Shown: positions 38,238-51,923 of the stretch, piece by piece
How positions within the stretch are numbered: position 1 is the stretch's first letter
Layout of the letters: every line of letters starts with the position of its first letter
Assembly: GCA_951406725.2 (NCBI GenBank)
Contig: OX597815.1
Location: 47,058,001 to 47,122,000, forward strand
Length of the DNA stretch: 64,000 nt
DNA from: Octopus vulgaris
Taxonomy: Eukaryota
Reading direction: 5' to 3'
Position numbers and translations under genes: made by a program
The notes under the pieces: model-generated
The model's database searches: none
What the model saw: only the letters and a program-made list of their open reading frames with translations
What the model was told of the DNA's origin: nothing

Positions 38238-39565
38238 AAATAGCTTGCTTTCTGTAACGGGAAATAAAAACCGGATCTGAAATTGCGTTAAATTTATCAG
38301 ATGTGTCATTTGGTACTGCTAACCATATTTTAATAGGCTGTCTTTTTGACCGTGTCATTTCCTCTCAAGCGCAAATAATATTGACTGATTCAAGATTGAT
38401 TCTACAAATGGATCAATGATTTTAAATTCGATTGTTATTTATCTGTAATATACTTCTATAATAACAAATAATCTACCAAACATTCAAAGCGAATCATTTC
38501 AAAATTACTATCAAAGTCGGTTGCCACGGTTTGTCTGCATGAACAGTCCATTATTACCTGCAGAAGAGTGGTCAGGAACATAGACAACTGTAAAAAAGCA
38601 TTAAGAAGATAGATACGGCAACCGAAACCAGCTCAAGGTTGTTGTGGTTGATAAAGAACAGCAAAGGCAACTAATTCTTCCTCGCTGCACCAGTCAGGCG
38701 AAGCGTACAGGCTTAAAGGACGAAACGGTTGTGACCCTGAAATATATGTTGACGATACGGAAGAGATTCCAACATTGAAATGGATTCAGAAGAAGAGTAT
38801 GCATTACCTCTGAGTAGCTCCTGCAGTTTCTGCATGGGAGTAAAGCATCTCCGAAGTTTATTTCACCTGAATCCAATCGCATCTTCTACAAGATATCCGA
38901 CAGTCGTGTATCAATTGAATTCATTCAGAAGTAATTGATGAAGCATTTAGAAAAGAAACAATCTAAAACGTTGCATTTTATTGTTACAATGTCAAGAACT
39001 ACAACTTGACTTTTAAGTTTGCAAATCATAATAAATGAAAACAAAGGTTAAGTTATTTTATTGTATTAAATATTTTATGAAAATTAAACATTGCCTTAAT
39101 TATATTCTATTAGAAGAGAAGAAAATGTCATTAACTTTTAATGAATGAATTTCAGTCGTACAAATCAGAACAGATGTTATTTCTTTAAAAACGATATCGA
39201 TATTTTTAGATTTTATTTTTTGTCGTTTTACAATTGGCAGAATCTAATTGTGAGTGTAATGACAACCATAATGCAAAATTTTAAAATGATGTGTCGAAAA
39301 GTCATTGAATGATGACATATATTTGTATATGTGGCATATATATAAATATTAAGAAACAAGGCACACTTAACACACACGCGCACATACCACACGCATAAAA
39401 AATACATCACACACACATACATGAAAACACGCATAAAAATATTAAAATATTTCATTTACATATGCATCTCAACCAACGGAGTAATCAATATAAGTTTACC
39501 AACACATAAACAAACATACCGATATCCTCAAGCAGGTGGATACATGGTTCAATATATGTATTACG

Positions 39566-39799
39566 AAGGGCGATGAGCTGGCCAAACCGTTAGCACGCCG
39601 GGCGAAATACTTAGCAGTATTTCGTCTGCCGCTACGTTCTGAGTTCAAATTCCGCCGAGGTCGACTTTGCCTTTCATCCTTTCGGGGTCGATAAAATAAG
39701 TACCAGTTACGTACTGGCGTCGATGTAATCGAATTAATCCGTTTGTCTGTCCTTGTTTGTCCCTTCTGTGTTTAGCCCCTTGTGGGTAGTAAAGAAATA
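39566..39799 (+). mobile_element. SINE family A with Tx1-type tail
   Basis: Consensus match from GGCGATGAGCTGG to GTAGTAAAGAAATA. Confidence 0.93.
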
Positions 39800-40111
39800 G
39801 ATATAATCGACTTAATCCGTTTGTCTGTCCTTGTTTGTGCTCTCTGTGTTTGGCCCCTTGTGGGTAGTAAAGAAATAGATATAATCGACTTAATCCGTTT
39901 GTCTGTCCTTGTTTGTCCTCTCTGTGTTTGGCCCCTTGTGGGTAGTAAAGAAATAGATATAATCGACTTAATCCGTTTGTCTGTCCTTGTTTGTCCTCTC
40001 TGTGTTTGGTCCCTTGTGGGTAGTAAAGAAATAGATATAATCGACTTAATCCGTTTGTCTGTCTTTGTTTGTCCTCTCTGTGTTTAGCCCCTTGTGGGTA
40101 GTAAAGAAATA
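39722..40111 (+). repeat. Five tandem 78-bp copies of the SINE 3' tail
   Basis: Units start at 39722, 39800, 39878, 39956 and 40034. Confidence 0.97.
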
Positions 40112-40313
40112 GGTATTTCGTCCGTGTGAGCTTCGATTTATTGGTAATTATTATTGGAGTGCCTCTTTAATAGAAAGTGTAAGTTTCTATTGACTGACTT
40201 TGTGTTATTTCCTGTTATAATTATTGTTCCTGTTATAATTATTTGTGTGATAGTCTTCGTTCGAAATCTATCGTGTGTTTTCCCCTGTGGGGAAAAAATT
40301 AATTGCTGGCAAG

Positions 40314-41390
40314 ATGCCGAAAAGTGTAACTTCGTCTGGTGAAGAGTCGTCAACCGACAGGGAGGCAAAAAAGATCGAAAGTTTAGTATTTGGCGATATT
40401 TCGGATTCTCCTGAAAGTGAATTTCCCCAACCATCAATGTGTACCGTTGCAAAGAGGAATATTAACGTGAAAAGCCTTCAAACAAGAAAATAAACAAAAA
40501 AGAAGTTTTGCGTCGGCAGCTGGAGGTGGAACTCGCCAGCTGTCGACAAACAAAAATGACCTGATAAAGTACAAAGATATGATAACACTTGAAGACGGTG
40601 TTGTGAAAGTTCAACCCCCGGAAGAACTATTAATGTTAGAAAAAAGAAAAACAATCATTTTTAAATCTTACTGTCTAAAAGTTAAAAAAAAATTGATCGA
40701 GTGAATGAAGAGAAAGTTGAGAAGTGCTTGAAACCAATCGGGCAGGATACCACATACCTAGCCAGAGGGAAGAAGTTTGGTACTATCGAGGTACGACTAA
40801 AAGATATAGAAACTGCACAAATGCACTCAGTTAAATCTTTAGAAACGGAGGACGTTGTTTTAATTCCAATATATATGGGAATGAGGACGTCAAAGATACG
40901 TATACCAAGGGTCCCAACTCAAGTCGACCCTAAGTGGTTGGTGGCAGCAGTCCTGGCAAAAAAGGCTACCGTCACAGAAAAGGTTTATTGGACCGGTCAA
41001 ACGATTCACCTCCTAATACAAGCAGAACATTCAATTTTAGAACAGTTACCGGAGAAAATAGAAATTGGGGAGGAATTCCTTAACGTATTTGTCGAGGGGC
41101 GTAAGCCCCGATGTTTCCAGTGTGGCCAGCTGGGCCATATAAAAAACACTGGAGATGGCGAGGAAGAATCCAATGGTGAGGAGGAGGGGAGGAGGAGAGA
41201 GAGAAACAGAAGAAAAGAAAGCAACTAACAACAAGAGAAAAATGGAAAGCTCAAATCAACAAAAACAGGTCGAACTAAGACAAAAAAAAAAAAACTGCGA
41301 AAAGAGACAAACCAAAAATAGTAAGGAAGGAAGTAGAAGATGGAAGGATAGTCGCGTTATGATAGTCGCAAAAAGGAAGATTTAATGAGA
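40314..41390 (+). pseudogene. LINE ORF1 (gag-like), disrupted
   Basis: ATG at 40314 and ORF 40701..41228 with VFVEGRKPRCFQCGQLGH (truncated CCHC knuckle). Frameshifts in A-runs. Confidence 0.8.
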
Positions 41391-41429
41391 GAAATAAAAT
41401 TGAAAAAATCAGCCACTGGGATTGCAGAA

Positions 41430-44400
41430 CTTTGGATGTGATTGTTGCAACGGAAACCCGGGTGAAGGGGCCAAGAGATCTGCTCCCCCGCCTGAACGGC
41501 TATGAGAAATATGTTTCTCCGAGTCGGACGGGAGGTGGGGATGAGGTGTTGGTCCTACTAAAAAGAAACTGGGTAGCCGAGAAAAGGTTGTTTTTTCTGA
41601 TCCAGAAGGCAGGTTTGTCGTTCTCGACCTGACTTACAGTTGTGGCAAAATAATCAGGCTGTTTGCAATTTATGCACCCAACGTTATAGGCCCGCAAAGT
41701 GAACATTTTCGTGACCTGGGCAAGTTCCTGGCCACGTCGCATTCGCTAGTACTGATAGGAGATTTAACACAATCTGTGACGCATATACAGATTGTGTTGG
41801 CTCGAACATGAATAGAAAATGTAACCCTGGCTCACGGGATCTGCTAAGTCACTTTCAGCTGGCAGATCCATACAGGTTGGAACACCCGAACACTCCACAG
41901 TGGACGTGGTCAAATAGTGATGGGTCTTCCAGAATATATCTAGATAGGATTTTAATTACAAAAACAGATAAGTCCATAGCTAAGTGTCCACAGTTTTATC
42001 TAGTCAGCTGCACTGATCACAAGATGGTTACCTCTAAGCTGACAGTAGATAAGTTGCATAGACATGGATCTGGCTACTGCAAACTCGATACGTTCCATTT
42101 GATGATTGAGGGGTACAGAAACTGGATCGAGATGTTAATACAGAGGGCACTGACAGGCACCATCATTAATAACAAATGGTGGTACGCCATAAAAAGAGCC
42201 ATAAACTATGAGTCTATTAGGTTTAGCATAAGTTTAGCTAAGAAGAGACCTAGAATAAGAGATGTTCTAGTTAAGGAACTAGAAGAAGCCTGGAGAACTG
42301 GTAATGCGGACCAAGTGAAGGTGAAGAGATTAGAGTTGAACCATCATCTTGAAGCTCAACACATGAGAAGCATTGCCAGAGTTAAGTTACGTGCGATGGA
42401 AGGAATCACGGCCGCTCGATAATAGTTCCACTATAATAGAAGCTCGATAATAGTTCCACTATAATAGAAGCTCGATAATAGTTCCACTATTCGATCTTTG
42501 ACGAATCAAAATGGTGTCTTGATAAACGAACCCGAAGAAATGTGTGAGGCCTTTCGGGAGTAATTCACCCAGCTGTTCAGGGGTGATGGAGGTCCTGATG
42601 GTGGGGGAGTCTTCGAGGACTTTCTTGCTGCGCTGCCGTGCCTCTCGGGGTCGGATGCGGAGTCTTGCGAAAAGCCGGTCACGTCTGTGGAGGTGATTGA
42701 AGCTATGGCTGACTGTAAAGCGGGTAAGTCGCCGGACTTGATTGTCTTCCGTGCGAGCTGTATAAATGTATGCCAGACTTATTCGGGCACCTACTGGCTG
42801 ACGTGTACGCGAACTGGCAACAGAATGGGTTTATCCCCAGATCTGTGCGCCGGAGTGTAGTGACGTTGGTCAGAAAGGACCCGGACAAGGGGAACGTTTT
42901 AGATAGCCCATCACTGTTAAACGCAAATGTGAAGATTTTGGCCAATGTCTTAGCAAAAAGGTTGGCGCGCGTCACGAATGGTATAGTCGGGGAGGTACAG
43001 ACATGTGTCATCCCATGCAGAACCATTCAGGATAATCTCCACCTTATACGCTATACCATAGAGAGGGTTGGTGATAAATCTGGCAAAGGTGGGGCATTGC
43101 TACCTTTGGAACAGTCTAAAGATTTTGATAGTAATGACCATCGATACCTGGCGACTGTGCTTGCGCAGTGCGGCTTAGGCTTTTCCTTCCCCAGGTGAGT
43201 TATCGCTTTGTATCACAAAGTTGACTCGGTAGTTCCAGTGAACGGTTTCCTTTCGAAGCCGTTCTGCATCAGGCGCTCGGTTCGTCAAGGATGTCCGCTC
43301 TCACCAATTTTGTATGTGGTGGCTCTTGAGCCCCTACTGCGAAGGTTGAGTGGAATCCCGTGAGAACCAGGTTTAGAGGAGTTTGTTACAGTTTACGCGG
43401 ACGATATCACTATCAGCGTAACCAGAGTAGCACGCCTACGTGAAGTGAATAAGGCTATTGAGGTTTACGAGACGGTGGAAGGAGCAAAGATTAACCGGGA
43501 AAAGTCGGTCGGCTTGCAGCTCGACACCTGAGTTGGCAAGTCGATGCCTTCAGACACCGTTGTTAGGCGCTAGACAGAGGGACCGGTTAACTTGCTGTGA
43601 GTCTGGTTTGGATCAGGTCTCCAGATAGAGAAGAACTGGACGGAGGTTTCCAATAGGGTGGCTGCAGTAGTCAAGACATGGTTTTGGCGGTGGCTATCCC
43701 TGGAAGGGAGGGCGGAGGTGGCCAATGTGTTTATCTCATCGGTCATTACCTACCGCCTGACCGTCGTGCCCTGTCCAGATTCTTGGTTGATCAGGTTGGT
43801 GAGACAGCTCTTTCGCTTTTTGTGGAAGGGCAGGTTGCCATTTGTGAAACGCTCAATATGTTGTCAAAAGCCGTTAACGGGAGGTTTAGGGATGCCTTGG
43901 TTAATGATGCTCAGGCATGCGTTGAGGTTGAGGTATCTCTGGATTCTCCTGGACGGTGAACGGGTGTGATCTCCGCTGGCCAGAAAAACGTTCCCCGAGT
44001 TCAAACGTTTTTGCGAACAGGAAGCCTGGTGTTCTCGTAGACCGAGGTCGAGTGAATAGTATAAAGAGTGCCGTAAGGCCCTCCTGCTATTCCGGCGCTC
44101 GGGCAATGCCAGCGGTGGGGGCGTTACACGAATTTTATATAGTGGGTTGGTTGAGTCTGAATGTGGCCTGGGGGCGACTCTAGGTCTCGGGTATATTCAA
44201 CTGGACAGCCTGTTCCATCGTACAATCAGATTGAGAACGTTGGACAACTTCCAAAAGTCCTTGACCTGGCAATGATACAGAGGTGCCTTGCCCGTTTGGG
44301 ATAAGCTCGCAAGACATGGTAAGCGTCAGTCTCCGACCTGTCCAAGATGCGGGGGAGACAGGGAAACCGTTCCTCACGCTATTGTCCAATGTCCGGAGAT

Positions 44401-44740
44401 ATCTGAAATGTGGGTTTATGCTGAACACCTGTTGTCCGGCGAAGGAAGAGTACGGCTGTTGACTGAGTCAATTATAAAAATTGACCCACCGGAAGTTTTA
44501 ACAAACGATGGTAAGAATTGTTTTCTCACAGTTGTAACAATAGCGAAAGAGGCAGTATGGAAGACTAGGGTAAAAGGGATTAAGACAGACAATTTTATCT
44601 CCGGCCACGATTTACAATCATTTTTTACTTTTCATTTGAAAAGGTGTGGCTGGAGAAGAGGTGTCTGTCGGAGAGAATGTTCAAAACGAGATGGAAGCAT
44701 GTTGCACGAGTGTTGTGCGTGCAAGGAACCGTGTGAATAG
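41430..44740 (+). pseudogene. LINE ORF2 (APE endonuclease, reverse transcriptase, CCHC finger) with many stops and frameshifts
   Basis: DVIVATETR, YAPN, WTWSN..IYLDRILI..TDH, LLNANVKILANVLAKRL, RQGCPLSP (about 43283), YADD (43394-43405), GGLGMP, CPRC..ETVPHAIVQC. Confidence 0.92.
42414..42490 (+). repeat. 28-bp tandem repeat (about 2.7 copies) inside LINE ORF2
   Basis: GCTCGATAATAGTTCCACTATAATAGAA starts at 42414, 42442 and 42470. Confidence 0.95.
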
Positions 44741-44978
44741 GCTATAAAAGAAGGAAAAAAAAAAGGTACCAGCGATAGATCGGGGCTTGTGGGGTCGGAG
44801 CGTGGCTTAATCATCGCTACATTTGTGTTGTCTATGTATTGTTAAATTCATTCGATACTTTTTATATTTTATATAATTTTATATTCATATTTTATATAAA
44901 AATTATAACGTATTACTGATCCCAATCAGTTGTTTTGTCCATTTATGTGTTTGGCCCCCTGTGGGCAATAAAGAAATT

Positions 44979-45162
44979 GGTATTTCGTCTGCTGTTACGT
45001 TCTGAGTTCAAATTCCGCCGAGGTTGACTTTGCTTTTCATCCTTTCAGGGTCGATTAAATAAGTACTAGTTACGCACTGAGGTCGATGTAATCGACTTAA
45101 TCCCTTTGTCTCTCATTGTTTGTCCCCTCTATGTTTAGCCTCTCGTGGGTAATAAATAACTA
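44979..45162 (+). mobile_element. 3' part of SINE family A, starting exactly at GGTATTTCGTC
   Basis: Consensus match lacking only the head of about 47 bp. Confidence 0.92.
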
Positions 45163-45535
45163 AATGTATATATTACGAAATAAGCGTGTATATGTGTGTC
45201 ATAGTTACGCATATATGTTACACCTATATATAGTTATAAGTATATATAGTGTAAATGCTCATGTAACGACTCATAGCTTCCTCTCAAATGGTTTCTTTTT
45301 TTCTATTGTGGAAATATATTTACTTATTGTTTGGTTCAAATATATAATAGTACAGCTAAATAGGGTATAAGGATAAAACCACCTCCACACAGGGACTCGG
45401 ATTTATATATATATATATAAAACACGCAAAAGATACAACCACATATATACATATGTGTACACAAATATTCATATCTGTATGCAGGCACATGCTGTGGCAC
45501 ACTGATATGTATAAATATATTTTCCTGCAAGCTTA

Positions 45536-45576
<41 letters not shown>

Positions 45577-45609
45577 GCACATTCACTCAGACATGCACGC
45601 ACGGGTGTA

Positions 45610-45688
45610 CGTAAACACACACAACGCTCGGTCTGGGGCGAACCTCCGACCGTGAGTCCGTTGCCCTAACCACTGGACCATTGCACCT

Positions 45689-45690
<2 letters not shown>
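45610..45690 (-). mobile_element. Head of a family C-related SINE
   Basis: Reverse complement GGAGGTGCAATGGTCCAGTGGTTAGGGCAACGGACTCACGGTCGGAGG matches the 25.8 kb copy. Confidence 0.8.
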
Positions 45691-45765
<75 letters not shown>

Positions 45766-46149
45766 CATACATAGATAGCTATTAAGTAATGAATCGATTT
45801 GTTTGGCTAAACCCTTGAGTGGTGCCCCAGCACAACCGCAGTCCAATAACCGACACAAGTAAAAGATAAAAGTCTACTGTCCTGAGACACACAAGGACGA
45901 AAAGCAAAGTTATCATCAAAGAAACTTAGAGTGTAGACAGTCAGAACAAAGACCGCGAAGTATTTAATGTTACGCCCTAACCACTTAAGAATTTCACCGA
46001 TTTATAAAGAAAGAACAGCTAAATTTCTCTCAAATTGTATACGCTCATCTCAAAAATGAGTGCAATTGCCACGTTTGGTACACTTTTAACTATATGCTCG
46101 TTCGATAAGTGGTGTCCTTTGCTTCCATTAAATTAGAATTGTTTTATTC

Positions 46150-46470
46150 TTTTATATTTTGCATGTCACACTATTTTGACTATAGCTATGACGGAGCACT
46201 GACTTTCAGGTTTTAATGAAAGCCTCATACTTATTCGATTGGTCCCTTTTTACAGAGTCGCTAAGTTACGAGAGCTTAAACAACACCGGTTGTCAAGCGG
46301 TGGTGGGAAATAAATACGACGGGCTTCTTTCAGTTTCCATCTACCAAATTCACTCACAAGGCCGAGGCTGTAGTAGAAGAAACTTATTTAAGGTACCGCG
46401 CAGTAGGACTGAACCCAAGATAACATGGTTGAGTAGCAAGCTTCTTACCACACAGCCACATCTGCGCCTT
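46150..46470 (-). mobile_element. SINE family B, decayed
   Basis: Consensus match on the minus strand. Confidence 0.8.
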
Positions 46471-47291
46471 GATAATTATTTCTCCCCCCCCACCACCACT
46501 TAACAGTGTTCAGAAACGCATCGAAGTTATGTCATATGCATCCGTTTCCAAGTGTCAGTTCTTAATAAACACCAATTCGTAATTACACACTCAAGTGATA
46601 ATGGACTGACAAACGTTGTAAACAGATGCATTTACAATAACAACATAATTACAGCGTTAAACATAAACACATGTCTGTACATTTACTTTAAGTCATTAAT
46701 GCGAGAGACGAAAACTGTTCAGCTGTATAACTGTTATCAAAAACAAAACTAGGTATCTGCTTGGTGGTAGAGAGCAAAACTCATCTATAACGCTTTACAC
46801 ATGACAGTTATGTAAGAGATTTTCTCGAGAGGCAGGATGGAAAGGTTAGAATCTATGTTAAAGATGTGTACTCGTGCGCAGACACAGCTTAGTGATTAAG
46901 AAGTTTATTTTGTAATTGCATGGTTCCGGGTACGTTTCCACCGCACGGCAAATGCCTTCTACCTTAATTCCGGTTGTAACTTCTGAATTTGATTGATAGA
47001 AATTATACAACGTTGAATGTTCAGCCCTATGTTATAGGCATTCCCTTGTTACTCTCATAAATGAAGTGAACTTGTGAGTGATCCGTTGTAAATCAGTAAT
47101 CAATAACGCTAAAATTTACGTATTTCTATATAAAATAATTAAACATATGTTTAAATAAATACATATTAAATATATTAGGTATACAAACGCATTTGCGATA
47201 AACTTGCTTTATCTTAAATAACTCGGCTAGTTTCACTGTATGGGGAAATCTTCCTGTTACATAAACAAAATACCAATATTATGGTGGTATC

Positions 47292-47502
47292 AGGCAGTAA
47301 GCTGGCTGAAACGTTAGCATGCCGGGTAAAATGCTTAGCGGCATTTCGTCCGTCATTATGTTCCAAGTTCAAATTCCCCCGAAGTCAACAGTCTTTCGTC
47401 CTTTCAGGGTCGATAAAATAAGTACCAGCTGAGTATTGGGGTAGATATAATCGACTTATCCCCTTCCCTAAAATTGCTGGCCTTGTGCCAATATTTGAAA
47501 CC
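47292..47502 (+). mobile_element. SINE family A, tail type C
   Basis: AGGCAGTAAGCTGGCTGAAACGTTAGC..TTGCTGGCCTTGTGCCAATATTTGAAACC. Confidence 0.88.
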
Positions 47503-48969
47503 TATTTTATGCTGTCGTGTTAATGTCTCTAACACAGACACATGACCAAAGGTAGTATCATGGTTGATGTTTACCCTATTTAATGAACCACTGATATTTC
47601 GTTGGTACCCCATTTTTCTATCCTGGGAGGATGAAAGGTGAAGTTCATAGATATTTGATGCAGAGCGTAACTCAGTATTACAATTTATTGAAACCACAGC
47701 TCCAGTTTTCACCCACATAATCTAATTATCTTAATTCAGCTAGCTATCGTCATGTATAACACGCTGATACAAAACGCACACACGCATTATTTATTTCGAG
47801 GTGAGAAAATTGGAAATATAAGAGAAAAAAGAAAGTAGCTAAACTGGCACATTTTATTGTTCTAATTCCTTGGTAAAAGAACCGATGTTGCTGTATAGTC
47901 TTAATTGACTGAAAACTGGAATCTGTAGAGCCTAGGTGGTACACAATGTATAGGATTTATATATTCTTCACTAATGCTACACGTGACTGTGGTACAAAGC
48001 TACACAAGAAGTAACACCTGTCGAGACACCTAATGCAAAGATCATGCACTCCTGGCGACCTTGCTATGTACAACTAAATAGTAGAGAAATGCGTTCAGTT
48101 GTAGTTGAAAACTCTTGCTAAAAGTGAAATAGATGTGGTATAAAAAAAATCCCGTCTCGATTCCGATGAAATAGACCTATGATAAACGATGCTCCAATGC
48201 TGACAAAATAATATTTAAAGGTTTAAGGATTTTACAGAAACACAGGATTTCGTAGAAATGTTTATTAGTTTCTTCAGTAATTTTGCAATGATTAACATTT
48301 GTGACTATCTATGATAATTGTTAGAAATTATTACTTCAGTTTTTCTTTTTATTTCATTGTTTCTATTTTATTACACCTACGACTTTTTATAACAAAAAGA
48401 ACAAAAAGATTTAGTCTATCAAAGAGAGAAACTATTCAGTCTCATGCATCTTAACTGGAGTCAGCTGATGTGCAAGGATGCAACAGTTCTGCGTGAATCG
48501 GTATTTTCGGACCAGCGACATTCTATAGTAATTTTCTGAAAACGGTAAATTCACTTGATTGTGTTTATTCTAAGTATTACTAAAAGTTTGGCAATCGCAG
48601 TATTGCTAAATGGCTGAGAATTTCACGTTAGGCTTCGATCCCATTGCATTGTGTTTTAGATATGTCATTTCCTAAAATCACGGCTCGACTATATCTTGTG
48701 AATTAGATTGACTACACGGAGACAAAACGATTCCGGCAAGAGAATTGTACTTTGTAATACGATTACTTGAACATGTTTTGTTGTACTGAGTCAGCCTAAT
48801 TTTACTAAAAAATATGTTACGAACACAGATGTCTGTGGAATGCTACGCCACTTGTAGTTAATGTAGGAGCAGGTAATTCAGTTGATCATACAATTGAATC
48901 TTCATCATCGAACGCTGGAGATTTACCAACATCACAATCTAGATGAAATTATGTATTGCGTATACAAAG

Positions 48970-49160
48970 TATTGTTTAGCTCTGGTTGAGCAAACCTATG
49001 ATCAAAGATATTCCAAACGCGATCATCCTGCATTTCGCCTAGTTACAGTTTACTCTAACCTACATTATCTAATGTATCCCCGCTTTTTCTTTAAAATGAT
49101 AAAGAAATAAGGTTGCTATTTCGAGAAGGTTGGGCGACCATATACAGGGACCCCAGTGGG
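48970..49160 (-). mobile_element. SINE-like repeat family D
   Basis: TTGTTTAGCTCTGG..CCTATGATCAAAGATATTCC..GGTTGCTATTTCGAG..GCGACCATA. Confidence 0.6.
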
Positions 49161-50536
49161 TTTGAACAGCCGAGATAGGTCCCTAAGGAATTTAGTCGGT
49201 TACATACTGATGATAATTTTTTTTATACGTTAATTTATAAGCCTATCAATGCATGGTGGAGATGTGTATCGTTATTTTTGAAAATTTTTAAATCAATTGC
49301 TTTTTTTAAAGAAACAACTTTGAAAGTCAGAAAACCGTGTTTTTTTTATTCCTACCTCTGATTTCCTTTCTTATTCAAATTCATTCTTGTAATTTTTTAA
49401 ACTCTCTTTTATTAAAAATTTAAATATATATATAATTTTACAAGATAAAACGGCACTATATCTCGAATTATCTTCTTAGATTTTTGTGTAAATCGTATTA
49501 GTTAATTTAATACACGACACAGAGTCAAAATGGTTTCTAATGGACTTTTCTAGAAATATTTCTTTTGCGAACGTCACTGAATTTTAGGTTTTACAGTTGA
49601 GGCAAGCACTTCACTTTGCATAATAATGCTACGTGATTTTAATTTGATATGATTGAATCTAATGAATATGACTTGCACAAAATTAAGAGTAATCTTCTTC
49701 TAGTAGTTATTTCAATTCAGTTTGACATAAAAGATATTGAAGTCCCTCCTCTCTAAAAATCACAGTCAGCATACTTAAACAGAACAGGCAAGTAAAAAGC
49801 CAACTCCCGCGTAACATCACACATCGCTTAGCCTACCTCTGAGAGAGATAACAGCCTGGATCTAGAAGCGTATCTGCTTATTTTTTTTTATCGTTATAGG
49901 AATGTATTAAATTATGTTTATGTTTCATTGGCTAGACATTTAAATAACGTCTAGTATCAAATAGCACTATTTATCTGAATTTTCTTAAATTTTTGTAATA
50001 ACTTTTATAAACAAAGACACGAAAGGATTTGTTTGAAGATTCAGTCTACATATTTAGATTATATTTTCGATAAAGAGTTGAATGCATTAAAGAAATTTCT
50101 CAAGAAATATGAAACGAGAGGTAAGCCTCTTCAGTAAACTGATAACGTTTTATCAGATATTGGTTTATAATCGAGAGAACTCTGTGCATGATTAAAGGAT
50201 CAAGCTCGAGATTAAAGTAATTTTCTCTATGGTAGAATCACTAAGAAAAGACAGATTATATCTTTGAGCTATGACGTCATAGCATAACGTAAGATTAGAA
50301 CGCGGTAAACGATTTGAATACAAATAAACAACCTTCGTATAAAATTGAATTTTATTTTGTAATACTGTGGAAACTAGCTCGAAAAACAAAGGAACAATCC
50401 TTGTGTTTTGAGTTAATGAATTGATTTTCATTCTGTTTGAATTTTAGCTCACTTCATCCCATCAGAAACTATCCTTTATATATCACCAGAATACACATAC
50501 ATACATTTACATACATATACATACATATACATACAT

Positions 50537-50579
<43 letters not shown>

Positions 50580-50699
50580 TACGCTATATCATATGCTATA
50601 ATGCAAGACACGTTACTGAATAGATTAGGGCTCAATATTCTGTTCACGTTGAATTCCTAAATTCTTGTATTCCATACTTAACAATATATAAGCTACATA

Positions 50700-51042
50700 T
50701 ATCTTTTATCTTTTATTTATGTCAGTCATTAGACTGCGGCCATGCTGTGGCACTGCCTTGAAGAACTTTTAGACAAATGAATCCACCCCTGTACTTATAT
50801 TTTTAAGCTTGGTACTTATCTTGTCTCTTTTTAATGAACCGCTAAGTTTTGGGGTCGTAAATACACCTACACCGGTTTTCAGGCGGTGGTGGTGAACAAA
50901 TACACACAGGCACACATACATATATACATTCAGTTTCCGTCTACTACATTCATTCACTAAGTCTATATAAGAAGATAATTCTCGGAGGTCCCACGCAGTG
51001 AGGCTGAACCTGGAACCATGTGGTTGGGAACCAAGCTTCCAA
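50700..51042 (-). mobile_element. SINE family B, decayed
   Basis: Consensus match on the minus strand. Confidence 0.8.
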
Positions 51043-51243
51043 CATAGATCTTCGTAGACAATTTCGTATGAAGAAATAGTTTTGTATATAAAAAAAGATA
51101 AGATTTTTATGTAAAAAAAATCTGTAAATATTTTTTATGAGATCATTGAACTGTTGTAATGAAAGACGCGCTATATCAATGTGTTTTCTCTGATAACTTC
51201 AACTTTATCTGTATGTGTGTGTGCGTGTGTGTGTGTTTGTCTG

Positions 51244-51783
<540 letters not shown>

Positions 51784-51843
51784 CTTCTATCTATAAATGC
51801 TCTAATATCTACTCAGCCTTGGCTTTTTATATCTTATTACACA

Positions 51844-51923
<80 letters not shown>

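Larger units (their letters stand above)
40123..44978 (+). mobile_element. Near-full-length, inactivated L1/Tx1-clade LINE
   Basis: Contains ORF1 with a zinc knuckle, an APE endonuclease, an RT and a C-terminal CCHC. 11-bp TSD GGTATTTCGTC at 40112-40122 and 44979-44989. Confidence 0.93.

Noticed and set aside
38540-38945. Coding-looking, GC-richer stretch, possibly a transposase remnant
   Set aside because: No convincing motif could be read by eye in the frames I tried. It needs BLASTX and is left unassigned.
39782-40087. 26-aa repeat protein, or a CRISPR-like array
   Set aside because: It is the 78-bp SINE tail in tandem. There are no variable spacers and no cas genes, and the context is eukaryotic.
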